Of a stretch of DNA of 64,000 nt, positions 34,462 to 43,636 are shown piece by piece; within the stretch, counting starts at the first letter, position 1; each line of letters opens with the position of its first letter. The position numbers and the translations under genes are program-made. The notes under the pieces are model-generated. The model ran no database searches and was not told where the DNA came from. It saw nothing but the letters and a program-made list of their open reading frames with translations. This stretch comes from an uncultured Gammaproteobacteria bacterium (GTDB taxonomy: Bacteria; Patescibacteriota; Patescibacteriia; 2-12-FULL-60-25). The stretch is from positions 54,074-118,073 of the forward strand of contig CAYTIN010000001.1 in assembly GCA_964438015.1 (NCBI GenBank), given 5' to 3'.

Positions 34462-34964
34462 GGAATCAGTATAGCAAAAATATCAAGACAAGGATTGCTC
34501 GATGAAAGCTCGATATCGCTCTGCCTCCTGTAAACGAATAGGATCTTTCTTGGATAAGGAAAAAAGGTGAGGAGCACGAAGCACAAAAGAATTTCCATTT
34601 GATCAAGGATAGGAGTGGAACGGGATTCGCGACCGGGGAACTCTTCTACCATCTTCGTCATTTGATACCCTAAAGACCGAAGCTCTGCTTGAGAAATGGT
34701 TCCTCGCAATAACCGACTCGCCAAGTGAGCCGAAGGACTCACACGCTTCATCTCGATCACATAGTCAAAGGCATCTGGACGTTCAAGAATAAGGCTTCGG
34801 TTTGTATATACTCGGGGCGGATACCAGTTTTCTCAAGCCCCTCTACCCTCCCCTCTTTAAATGCCTTGATAATACCTCGTGACGGTCGAGAGACGTCAGG
34901 ATATTGAATATTTTTCTAATAGATGATACAGATATTTCTCAGAAAGGAGCAACGATAAACAGTC

Positions 34965-35303
34965 ATGCAGGCTATCCAACCAACGATGGAGTGGCTGCAG
35001 CAATTCGTGGGGGGTCAAGTAGTAATCAAACTTCACGAGAGAACAGTGGTAGGAGAAATCTCTGGGGTCAAAGAGGGAGTTCGGCACTTCGAACTGGACT
35101 TCACCTGGAGGGTAGAAAAAACGCCTAATAGGTGGATTAAGTTGGCCACCCTTTCTCAACGAGTAGGCAAAGGCCTGTATCACGTAATAGAAAGAGACGA
35201 CGGCACCAATCTGAGTTGCACAATTCTCAAAACTGAACTGACCTTCTACCGTCAGGATAATCCCGATCGTCCAATCACGGAAAAGCGCGTGATACAGCCA
35301 TAG
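34965..35303 (+). CDS. hypothetical protein (112 aa)
   Basis: ATG at 34965. No family recognised. Confidence 0.35.
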   Translation: MQAIQPTMEWLQQFVGGQVVIKLHERTVVGEISGVKEGVRHFELDFTWRVEKTPNRWIKLATLSQRVGKGLYHVIERDDGTNLSCTILKTELTFYRQDNPDRPITEKRVIQP

Positions 35304-35420
35304 TCGAACCCCGACACATTCTACTTTTCTCTCTTAGAGGCATACCCTCTTTTTTGTTACCTAACACAGATGCTTGACGCTCCGGCACCAGTTCGATACT
35401 CTTCTGCATGTTCCAGTAGA

Positions 35421-35507
35421 GCCGGGATGGCGGAATTGGTAGACGCACAGGACTCAAAATCCTGCGATCGCAAGGTCATGAGAGTTCGATTCTCTCTCCC
35501 GGCACCA
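35421..35507 (+). tRNA. tRNA-Leu (anticodon CAA), long variable arm, CCA encoded
   Basis: Acceptor GCCGGGA/TCCCGGC, anticodon arm CAGGA-CTCAAAA-TCCTG, T loop GTTCGATTC. Confidence 0.85.
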
Positions 35508-35588
35508 TCTAAAAAACCTCACGAATGTGAAGGTTTTTTAGATGTCTCGTGGATGCAAAGCATCTTTACGAGACTCCGTATCACAGGA

Positions 35589-36731
35589 CTAGTACGCCAC
35601 CGGCACTGCATTCATTGCCTCAACCTTCTGCTTAGCCATTTGAATGAGAGATTGAAGCGTCGTAAACTCAGTAGGTGAGGTCAACTGACGGTTAGCTACC
35701 GTCTTCATGGCAGAAATCAGGGTAAATCCAAATTCGTTATATCCCGACAATCGTTTGACTAAACGGGTGCTACGAGCACTAGCATATTGTTCGGTATAGC
35801 TTGGCTCAACAAACTTCCCTGCCGCCTCCACTCGCTCAATCATCCCCGTCTGCTCATTAACGACCGCCACCATACGAATCTTATTCATCCTGGTACGAAT
35901 TGAGGCAAAAGCTGTGCGTAATTCCTTTGTTTGAGCGGCATACTGCGTATTGTACGCCTTACGATCCGTTGTCTTCAAAGAAGCGAGGTCTTTTTCGATT
36001 TGTTTACGCAGCATGGTCTCAAGCTGTGTCCAGAGAACAGGGTTCACTTGGAATTGGACACGGGAGTACATCACTCCGCCACGATTTGTCCGCGATTCTA
36101 AACGAACAGCGCGTAACAATCCAGGCTTCTGGACAATCGGTAAAAGTTGACGAGTAATATCTTCTTGAGATTGACCAGAAATCTTAAGCTCGCCGGTCAT
36201 AGGAAAAACTTCCTGCAAGCTTTGTTGGAGTTGGTCCACATCAATTTGCAACCAACGACCGACAATATGGTCCAAGTTCAAACCGGAAACTTGCAGGTTA
36301 TTAATCATCGTCCGCACCTCATCAGACAAGGAAGCGACACGGAGGTAATAAATATTCCCGATCTTCTTCATTTCAAAGCTGGCAGGGTCTTTCCAGCGCA
36401 TCGACATGCCTAACCCAAGCTCCTGCGCCCCCATGACCTCCAAAGATTCAACACGCAAGCGTTGCTCCGTATCGAAAGACACTTGGCTACGTGGCAGTGT
36501 TTCTGCGTTCGCGATAATATGAACTTTGACTCCTCCAGCCTGTTGCCCAGCCGTAATCGGACGGTAATTAAAGTTAAATGTAACGTCCACCGTGCTCACT
36601 TGAGGTTGTTGCCGGGTAAGAGACATGCTGGCAGCCCGGTCGAGTAGCTGTTGCGGGGTAGCCGCTAAGACAAATTGAGGGGCAAGCAATGCCGTACACG
36701 CCATTCCTGTCGCAAGACGTTTGATAAACAT
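35589..36731 (-). CDS. secreted hypothetical protein (380 aa)
   Basis: Signal peptide MFIKRLATGMACTALLAPQFVLAA. No family recognised. Confidence 0.55.
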   Translation of the reverse strand: MFIKRLATGMACTALLAPQFVLAATPQQLLDRAASMSLTRQQPQVSTVDVTFNFNYRPITAGQQAGGVKVHIIANAETLPRSQVSFDTEQRLRVESLEVMGAQELGLGMSMRWKDPASFEMKKIGNIYYLRVASLSDEVRTMINNLQVSGLNLDHIVGRWLQIDVDQLQQSLQEVFPMTGELKISGQSQEDITRQLLPIVQKPGLLRAVRLESRTNRGGVMYSRVQFQVNPVLWTQLETMLRKQIEKDLASLKTTDRKAYNTQYAAQTKELRTAFASIRTRMNKIRMVAVVNEQTGMIERVEAAGKFVEPSYTEQYASARSTRLVKRLSGYNEFGFTLISAMKTVANRQLTSPTEFTTLQSLIQMAKQKVEAMNAVPVAY

Positions 36732-36836
36732 AGTAGCCAGACTGTATCACCTTGACGGAGAGAAGAAAAGCAAGTAACCTGCACTAGCAGCCAGTATTCT
36801 CTATACGAAATACTGTATACTAAATACGTCATTCGT

Positions 36837-36911
36837 CGCGGGGTAGAGCAGCGGCAGCTCGCCAGGCCCATAACCTGGAGGTCGCCGGTTCAAATCCGGC
36901 CCCCGCAACCA
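36837..36911 (+). tRNA. initiator tRNA-fMet (anticodon CAT)
   Basis: CGCGGGG...CCCCGCA-A-CCA gives the C1:A72 mismatch typical of bacterial initiators. Anticodon loop CCCATAA. Confidence 0.75.
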
Positions 36912-36914
36912 ACA

Positions 36915-36945
36915 AAAACACCCACCTCATCGATGGGTGTTTTTG
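36915..36945. terminator. bidirectional intrinsic terminator
   Basis: AAAAACACCCA-CCTCATCGA-TGGGTGTTTTT, located between tRNA-fMet and the convergent DUF457-like gene. Confidence 0.7.
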
Positions 36946-36951
36946 TAATCA

Positions 36952-37419
36952 TTACCACACCCGTACCATCAAAAACACTAAAACAATAAGCTGCATGACA
37001 ATTCCCCACCCTAAGGGAATATCCCCTTTTTTAGAGGTAATGAGATTATGAAAAAAGAAGTGGAATTTATTAAACCACCTCAACCGTTCCACATGAAAAA
37101 GCTGATAAACAGCGACCAAAAGGTCGGGCAGCACTGATCCCAAGATACCCAAAGAAATAGCAAGACGATGTTCATTGAACCCGGTGTTAAATAACCCCAA
37201 AACAAACAACATCGCCACCAAGGCATCTACGGTCACGTATGCAACCGCCCGTTTAACCTTAGAACCAGACACGTACCCTTTATATAAATTCGAGTCGCCG
37301 TGCGGAATAATATCCGCCAAAAAATGGGAAATAAGACCTAACCCAAAGGCCAACGCTGGATGACTCGCCACTTGTTCGCCAATCAACGCCCCCAAAAGTG
37401 CGTGGGTCGTAATAAACAT
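36952..37419 (-). CDS. membrane-bound metal-dependent hydrolase (DUF457/YdjM-like)
   Basis: MFITTHALLGALIG...HFLADIIPHGD, multi-pass membrane, 155 aa. Confidence 0.6.
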   Translation of the reverse strand: MFITTHALLGALIGEQVASHPALAFGLGLISHFLADIIPHGDSNLYKGYVSGSKVKRAVAYVTVDALVAMLFVLGLFNTGFNEHRLAISLGILGSVLPDLLVAVYQLFHVERLRWFNKFHFFFHNLITSKKGDIPLGWGIVMQLIVLVFLMVRVW

Positions 37420-37495
37420 GTAAAAAGATTCTATCTCAAAAAAGAGAAAACGTGAAGATAATACCTACCAGTAAAAAAGTTCCGATTTTCATACA

Positions 37496-37523
37496 AAAAA
37501 CGTCACCACTTGGTAACGTTTTT
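37496..37523 (-). terminator. hairpin plus T-run after the tRNA(CAT)
   Basis: AAAAACGTCACCA..TGGTAACGTTTTT with one mismatch, directly 3' of the tRNA on the minus strand. Confidence 0.5.
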
Positions 37524-37525
37524 GA

Positions 37526-37602
37526 TGGTAGCGGGGGGCGGAATCGAACCGCCGACCTCGGGCTTATGAGTCCCACGCTCTAACCAGCTGAGCTACCCCG
37601 CC
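37526..37602 (-). tRNA. tRNA with CAT anticodon (elongator Met or Ile2/lysidine type)
   Basis: The reverse complement reads GGCGGGGTAGCTCAGCTGGTTAGAGCG...CTCATAA...GGTTCGATTCCGCCCCCCGCTACCA. Confidence 0.8.
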
Positions 37603-37627
37603 ATATACCTGAACAGGCCAGACTCTA

Positions 37628-38692
37628 TCATTTTCCTGCTATGACGGCAAGTATATGCTCTGCCACCGCTTCCCAAGAGAAAGACGCGGCCCGTAAACGT
37701 CCTTCTTGCTGCTTCTTTTGCCACCAGGATGTATCCAAAAAAAGTTTACTAATAGCGACTATCCATGCCTCTCGATCACGAGGGTCAAGCAACACTCCTG
37801 CCTGTCCAATCACTTCTGGATGTCCCCCTACCCTGCTTACCACAACTGGTGTCCCATGCGCCATAGCTTCCAGAGTCACCCGTCCAAAACCTTCATGCAG
37901 GGAAGGAACCAACACTAACCGCGATTGCTGAAATAAGGCATCCCGTTCTTCATCCGACACCCGAATCACTCGCTGAACAGTCCCATTATCCTTCACAGAC
38001 ACCTGCCCCCATCCCCTGCTTCCTGCGATCACTAGCTGCACACGACGACCAACCCGACGACAAACCTCCGGCCACAAATCAACAAGGAAAGTAATGTTCT
38101 TACGCGGCTCAACCGTCCCAAACACCAAGGCTTGGTCAAGACGATCAGAAAACCCTGGTACCCTCTCTGGAACCCGTACCCCTTCGCTCGTCACGCTCAT
38201 CACTTCCTCGGGTAGAGACATTAAGGCCGCCACCGCTCGTCTCGTATCTTCACTAACACAAAAAATATGTTGTGCCTTATTTAACCCATGTAAAAAGAGC
38301 CGAGTCGTGAGTTGACGCCGAAGCCAAGACTGCGGGAACCATTCCGGGTGCGAAAAAATGGCCACGTCATGTACCCAAGCAAAGGCTGGTAAAGAAAGGC
38401 TTAAGGGAATCGAACCCGTAGGAGCAAAAAAGGCATGGCATCCGTCCATCCGGACGGCCTGCAAGAGCCGACGCGAAGAAAAAACGGTATGACTCTTGGA
38501 AGAACCAAGACGCGCAACCTTCCCCCCTCCTCCAATGTCTGCATCCCCTCCTGCATATCCAATACATTCAACACCAAACAGAGAGGCTCGTTCGCTGCAC
38601 GCTTGAAAGAGCTCACGGGTAGCATGAGGAATCCCCGCGCCCGGTGAACCATCGGCCGGCAAGCAGCGCAAGTCAAACGCAATACGCTTCAT
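37628..38692 (-). CDS. glycosyltransferase family 1 (GT4-type)
   Basis: EGFGRVTLEAMAHGTPVVVSRVGGHPEV is the E-x7-E region. ATG 38692 overlaps the upstream stop (ATGA). Confidence 0.8.
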   Translation of the reverse strand: MKRIAFDLRCLPADGSPGAGIPHATRELFQACSERASLFGVECIGYAGGDADIGGGGKVARLGSSKSHTVFSSRRLLQAVRMDGCHAFFAPTGSIPLSLSLPAFAWVHDVAIFSHPEWFPQSWLRRQLTTRLFLHGLNKAQHIFCVSEDTRRAVAALMSLPEEVMSVTSEGVRVPERVPGFSDRLDQALVFGTVEPRKNITFLVDLWPEVCRRVGRRVQLVIAGSRGWGQVSVKDNGTVQRVIRVSDEERDALFQQSRLVLVPSLHEGFGRVTLEAMAHGTPVVVSRVGGHPEVIGQAGVLLDPRDREAWIVAISKLFLDTSWWQKKQQEGRLRAASFSWEAVAEHILAVIAGK

Positions 38693-39663
38693 GGGCGGAC
38701 GGTAGAAGCAAGGACGGAAGGGCGAGCTGCGGCCGCAGTAGACGGCCAACGAAAATTCTCAAAGGTCCAAAATGTTAAGGCTTTCGCATCTTGGAAACGA
38801 GAAAAATGATTATCACTACCAAGAACCACGACAATCACTTCATGTCCAGCCTTATCTCGTGTCGCTTGAGCCAAACAATAGCCCGCTTCCGGTAAAGAGC
38901 CGGTTTTCCCAGCAATAATACGATACGGATCACGATTCAAAAACGAACCCAATAATAAATTGGTGCTATCAATCAAATACGGCTTAGCGGTGGCCCGGCC
39001 AATAAGCTGGATTTTAGAAATTTTAGTAATCTCGCGAATTTCGGGATAATGCAAGGCCGCTCGCAACGCTAACGCCACATCATGCGCCGAGGCTTGGTTA
39101 TTACTATCCAAACCCGTCGGATCATCAAAATGCGCTTGCCGCATACCTAAGATTTGGGCTTTGGCATTCATGGCCGATAAAAAACTCTTCATACCCCCTC
39201 CGCTGCGCGCCAACGCATCACCAGCAATATTCACGGATCCAATCAAAAGTGATTCAAGTAACTCCCGACGGGTAAAACGCTCTCCTTGCGGAAACACAGA
39301 CTTTCCTTCTTTTGGTTCATCTTCCCTTAAAATAGTGATCACCTCATCCATATCAGACGACTGATCCAAGACCGTCATGGCCGTCATCAATTTCGTAAGA
39401 CTCGCAATTGGGTAAGCAGTCTCGGCATTTTTCTCGTACAGCACCTCACCACTTGCTACGTCAATCGCAATCGCTGCCCGTGCCGTGGTCTCGATTCCAA
39501 AGGAATTAGGGTCTTTTTTTGTAGGAGGTTGAGGACCCGGCACATAGCGCGCAACCGGCAACGACTGAATGACAACCGGTTGAGCCGCCGGGATACGGGC
39601 TTCACGGACCGTAAGGACCGTCGTAAGTGCTAAAAACGATTCAGCGAACATGACGGCTATCAT
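38689..39663 (-). CDS. D-alanyl-D-alanine carboxypeptidase (S11 family)
   Basis: SxxK motif IASLTKLM, KTG motif AGKTGSL, and an N-terminal membrane anchor. Confidence 0.8.
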   Translation of the reverse strand: MIAVMFAESFLALTTVLTVREARIPAAQPVVIQSLPVARYVPGPQPPTKKDPNSFGIETTARAAIAIDVASGEVLYEKNAETAYPIASLTKLMTAMTVLDQSSDMDEVITILREDEPKEGKSVFPQGERFTRRELLESLLIGSVNIAGDALARSGGGMKSFLSAMNAKAQILGMRQAHFDDPTGLDSNNQASAHDVALALRAALHYPEIREITKISKIQLIGRATAKPYLIDSTNLLLGSFLNRDPYRIIAGKTGSLPEAGYCLAQATRDKAGHEVIVVVLGSDNHFSRFQDAKALTFWTFENFRWPSTAAAARPSVLASTVRP

Positions 39664-39700
39664 ACAAAAACCGTGGCCATCCGGCAAAGACCAAGGCAGC

Positions 39701-40267
39701 TCACGTAACGATAGGTGGCGGAGTTGGCTTGGCGTCTAGCTGATCTAACACGTGTTCCACCGTGGGATGGGCATGTAAAGAGGCAAAATCGGGCAAATCA
39801 TCTACTCGTGTAAGACCTAAATGCTTCACAAACTCCATTGTGACCTGGTAGACAGGCTGGCCAAGCCTGTTTTCTTCCCGCGCCTCCACCAACCCTCGTA
39901 ACATCAAGTTGCGAAGAATAATGACTGATTGTACGCCACGGATTTGTTCCAACTCAGGACGAGTAAGCGGTCCACGATACGCTAAAATAGACAATGCCTC
40001 CAAAGCCGCTTTCGAAAGCTCTGACTGCGCCTCCACTTTGGCAACGAGTCGAACAGCTTCTGATGCATCGGGATGCGTGACCAGTTCGACATCAGACCCA
40101 TGACGAACCACCTGCAACCCACTTCCCTGCTCAAGCCTGGTTTGTAAGACTTGAAGACCAGCTTCAACCTCTTCGGAAGAAACCTGACAAACATCGCACA
40201 AACGACGAATGGTCAGAGAACCTCCAGCCGCAAAGAGAACCGCTTCTAAGTGGGCATCAATGGTCAT
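39701..40267 (-). CDS. scpB: segregation and condensation protein B
   Basis: LEAVLFAAGGSLTIRRL...LSILAYRGPLTRPELEQIRGV. Lies adjacent to scpA. Confidence 0.8.
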   Translation of the reverse strand: MTIDAHLEAVLFAAGGSLTIRRLCDVCQVSSEEVEAGLQVLQTRLEQGSGLQVVRHGSDVELVTHPDASEAVRLVAKVEAQSELSKAALEALSILAYRGPLTRPELEQIRGVQSVIILRNLMLRGLVEAREENRLGQPVYQVTMEFVKHLGLTRVDDLPDFASLHAHPTVEHVLDQLDAKPTPPPIVT

Positions 40268-40272
40268 ACATC

Positions 40273-40974
40273 TTACACAGAAGAAATTTCAATATCTTCA
40301 AATAGCTCAGCTTGTTGCACTCGGAACGTCCGTTGTTTGGTGAGCTCAAGCAAAGCGAGAAACGTCACAATAAGTTCCGCGCGACTGCTAGCTTCATGCG
40401 CCATGGCGCGAAACGAAGTCTGAATAGCTTGACGCACCTTATGGACCAACTGAGCCATCTTCTCCTCCAACGTCATCACCCGCTCAATCGCAGCCTGTGG
40501 CAAACGCACGATTGGCTCAAGCCGACGAACGAGGCGGATAAATAAACCACGCAGGTCTTCGACCGAGGCGTGAGGCGGCAAAAAATAAGCATCTTCTTGC
40601 TTATACATCGCGCGAGGATGACTAAATGAGCGGACACCTTGCGAAGCTAAGGCTTGCAATTGCTTAGCCGCAGCCACAAATGCTTGATAGGTCCGTAATT
40701 GACTCGCCAGATCTGGACCTTCTTCCAACGCATCCGCCTCTAAACTCGGAACAATCGCCTTAGATTTGAGATAAACCAATTTAGAAGCAATCAACAAAAA
40801 ATCCGCCAATTCTTCCGGCATCATCTGTCCACGCCGCTCTTCCAAATACCGCAAAAACGGCTCTGTGACTTGCACCAAAGAAATATCAGTGATTTCCAAC
40901 TTCTCACCCTCAACAAGCTGAAGCAAAAGGTCTAAAGGACCTTCAAAGTTCTGGATGGCGACGGAATAGGACAT
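40273..40974 (-). CDS. scpA: segregation and condensation protein A
   Basis: FEGPLDLLLQLVEGEKLEITDISLVQVTEPFL is the typical ScpA N-terminus. Confidence 0.8.
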   Translation of the reverse strand: MSYSVAIQNFEGPLDLLLQLVEGEKLEITDISLVQVTEPFLRYLEERRGQMMPEELADFLLIASKLVYLKSKAIVPSLEADALEEGPDLASQLRTYQAFVAAAKQLQALASQGVRSFSHPRAMYKQEDAYFLPPHASVEDLRGLFIRLVRRLEPIVRLPQAAIERVMTLEEKMAQLVHKVRQAIQTSFRAMAHEASSRAELIVTFLALLELTKQRTFRVQQAELFEDIEISSV

Positions 40975-40979
40975 CGAAG

Positions 40980-42389
40980 CTATGCCATTTTTATATGGGC
41001 TTCACGAATTTGCTTATCATCAAGTAGCGAGGGAGCACCCATCATAAGGTCACGGCCATCACCTGTTTTGGGCACAGCCGTAACTTCACGGATATTCGGC
41101 TCGTTCGCCAAAATCATCACAAGACGGTCAAGTCCGGGACCAAGCCCGCCATGCGGAGGTGCACCATAACTAAACGCTTCCAGCATGTGACCAAATTTCT
41201 GCTGAATCTGTTCTTCGGTATGGCCTAAAATCTCAAACACTTTTTTCAACGCTTCTGGCGTATGGTTACGAATACTACCTCCACCAACCTCGTAGCCATT
41301 TAAGACAATATCATATTGAGTCGTCAGGATCTCGCCTATATTCTTCTTCTCAAGAAGCCATTGCCGATGCTCCGGCTTAGCAGCCGAAAAAGGATTGTGA
41401 CTATATGTCCATTCCCCTTCCTCAGTCTTTTCAAAAAAGGGAAAATCTACCACCCATTCAAAGGCAAGCAAGTCAGGGTCACTTTTATCTTCGCGTAAGT
41501 CAGGCTTGTCCGTCCCATACTTCTCCATAACTTCTTTGTAGGATAAGCGAGGAAAGGGAACTTGCTGGATACGTTTATGTGGAGTAACCGTTTTCACAAG
41601 CTCAACAAGTAGCTGCTCGAACAGGCTCATCACATCTTCACGCTCAACAAACGACATCTCAAGATCGAATTGTGTGTGCTCAAGTTGACGGTCGCCTCGT
41701 TGGTCTTCGTCACGAAAACAACGTGCCATTTGAAAGTAGCGCTCAATGCCACCTACCATCATGAGCTGCTTAAACTGTTGCGGTGACTGAGGCAACACAT
41801 AAAACTGTCCGGGATGAATACGAGAAGGAACAATAAACTCACGCGAACCCTCGGGGGTGCCTTTTGTGAGATAAGGAGTTTCAATTTCCAAGAATCCGTG
41901 ACGGTGAAGGAAATCACGAAAAAACTTGGCGACCGCATCACGCAAAATCATGTTTTTAAGCATGCGCGGCGACCGCAGATCCAAATACCGGTACTTAAGA
42001 CGTAACTCCTCATTCACTTTAGAGGTATCTTCAATTTCAAACGGCAACGTTTTGGCAGGATTTAAAATGATCAATCGCTTCGCTAAAACTTCAACCGTGC
42101 CGGTAGGCAGGTCTGCGTTGATTTGTTTTTCTCCACGTTTTTGAACAACTCCATGAATCTCCACACAAAACTCACCACGTACTTCTTTCATGGTTTCCCG
42201 AGAAGCTTCGTCCAACTCCGCCGGGACAAGCACCACCTGAACCAAACCCGATCGGTCGCGGACATCCAAAAACGCCAATTTTCCCATGTCTCGGCGGGTA
42301 TTGACCCACCCTTTAAGCAAGACGGACTCGCCGATCTTGCCAACCGTTTCTAAAACCATGCTGCGCGTCATATCGCCGTAGCTTCGCAT
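40980..42389 (-). CDS. aspS: aspartate--tRNA ligase, bacterial type but lacking the GAD insertion domain
   Basis: QSPQQFKQLMMVGGIERYFQMARCFRDEDQRGDRQLEHTQFDLEMSF and GAPPHGGLGPGLDRL. Only 469 aa. Confidence 0.9.
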   Translation of the reverse strand: MRSYGDMTRSMVLETVGKIGESVLLKGWVNTRRDMGKLAFLDVRDRSGLVQVVLVPAELDEASRETMKEVRGEFCVEIHGVVQKRGEKQINADLPTGTVEVLAKRLIILNPAKTLPFEIEDTSKVNEELRLKYRYLDLRSPRMLKNMILRDAVAKFFRDFLHRHGFLEIETPYLTKGTPEGSREFIVPSRIHPGQFYVLPQSPQQFKQLMMVGGIERYFQMARCFRDEDQRGDRQLEHTQFDLEMSFVEREDVMSLFEQLLVELVKTVTPHKRIQQVPFPRLSYKEVMEKYGTDKPDLREDKSDPDLLAFEWVVDFPFFEKTEEGEWTYSHNPFSAAKPEHRQWLLEKKNIGEILTTQYDIVLNGYEVGGGSIRNHTPEALKKVFEILGHTEEQIQQKFGHMLEAFSYGAPPHGGLGPGLDRLVMILANEPNIREVTAVPKTGDGRDLMMGAPSLLDDKQIREAHIKMA

Positions 42390-42396
42390 AAAAGCC

Positions 42397-42597
42397 TTAA
42401 TTCATCAACAACCAAATCACGGAAGGATCACAGTCCACGCGCTCTTGACGTTCACAGGCAGCCAAACGAGCACGCTCGGACCGGACGTATTGGGTAAGGA
42501 AAAGAGGGACTAGGAAGGCAACGATCGTCGCAAACACTCCAAGCCAAACAAAGAGGGTGAGATGCCGCGGGGAAGATGGAAGTTGAGATTCATTCAT
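42397..42597 (-). CDS. small membrane protein (66 aa)
   Basis: Single transmembrane helix LTLFVWLGVFATIVAFLVPLFL. Confidence 0.4.
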   Translation of the reverse strand: MNESQLPSSPRHLTLFVWLGVFATIVAFLVPLFLTQYVRSERARLAACERQERVDCDPSVIWLLMN

Positions 42598-42609
42598 AGA
42601 AAAAGGGAA

Positions 42610-43533
42610 TTAAGGCAAAGAACCGATCCAACGAAGGTCATCAGGCACGGTCACGGAACTGCAGGCAGGAGGAGAAGAGTGGGAAACAATACACACGTGT
42701 CGGTCTCTTAAGAAAACGAGACGATGATCCGGTAACCATCCCAACGACCTTCCCTTTATAGGATTAAGAAGCTGTCCATCGTCAACCAAACGGATATCAC
42801 TCTGATCGGTACCAAAAGCCACATCTCGTCCGTTAGCAACAACGTCTGTTACCAACGCATCCCTACGTTCATCAATGATGCGGGTGGATGTCGTTCCTCT
42901 CACATCAATTGACCAAACCACTGAAGGGCCGTGCGGAGGCAGTTCTATCCCCTCTCGTGGCGCTGATTCAACCAACCATACACGCCCATCTTCCACCCCC
43001 AATGGAACGGTGTCATCCGTGAGAATAAGAAGTTCACGAATATCCCCCGTACGAGACACAGACAATAAAATACGACGATCAGAATCTATTACGGCAACAG
43101 CAAAATGATTTTCATCTAGCTGACCAACAAACAAAGGATCAAGATAAGCATTCCCCCGTCGATTACGCAGTGCCACACTCCAGGTCGCATCTCTTAATAA
43201 CCACGCTCCTGTTTCCGTTGGACGAGTGACATAGACACTCGACGATAGCGGTAATCTCCAACCCTTCTCTGTTGAAGTAGATGTCAGAGTTTGCGCGTCT
43301 ACGTCATACACAAAACGCTGGTCCCTATCTGCTGAAGGCTGGGAACGTCCAAGGACGATGCGTGTAGTCGAAGAAGGGGAAGAAACAACAAGCGCAGTAG
43401 AAGGCTGGGAGTCAGACGTAGGGGGCAGAGCCGTCTTACTCATCACGACCCACCCGATTACCCCCATGATGACCGGAAACAAAAGAATAACGGGGTTGAT
43501 CCGTGCAGGAGCTTCGCGGGGAGAACGAGACAT
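42610..43533 (-). CDS. membrane-anchored hypothetical protein
   Basis: Start moved to ATG 43533 (MSRSPREAP...transmembrane helix), because the track start at 43617 lies inside the 26-bp inverted repeat. Confidence 0.5.
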   Translation of the reverse strand: MSRSPREAPARINPVILLFPVIMGVIGWVVMSKTALPPTSDSQPSTALVVSSPSSTTRIVLGRSQPSADRDQRFVYDVDAQTLTSTSTEKGWRLPLSSSVYVTRPTETGAWLLRDATWSVALRNRRGNAYLDPLFVGQLDENHFAVAVIDSDRRILLSVSRTGDIRELLILTDDTVPLGVEDGRVWLVESAPREGIELPPHGPSVVWSIDVRGTTSTRIIDERRDALVTDVVANGRDVAFGTDQSDIRLVDDGQLLNPIKGRSLGWLPDHRLVFLRDRHVCIVSHSSPPACSSVTVPDDLRWIGSLP

Positions 43534-43556
43534 GACGATAGTATATCGTCGAATAC

Positions 43557-43634
43557 CGTAGTGGTCGACCCCCGTGTCGACCCGAATGTCCCGAAGAAAT
43601 CTTACACCGGTCGACACGGGGGTCGACCACTACG
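43557..43634. repeat. perfect 26-bp inverted repeat (CGTAGTGGTCGACCCCCGTGTCGACC) with a 26-nt spacer
   Basis: Arms at 43557-43582 and 43609-43634, verified base by base. A third copy lies at 51472-51496. Confidence 0.9.
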
Positions 43635-43636
43635 CC

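Noticed and set aside
34377-34760. 127-aa ORF overlapping the ftsQ-like N-terminus.
   Set aside because: It overlaps the ftsQ-like coding start by ~85 nt in another frame. Its C-terminal half is low-complexity and hydrophobic read-through. It is treated as part of a decayed region.
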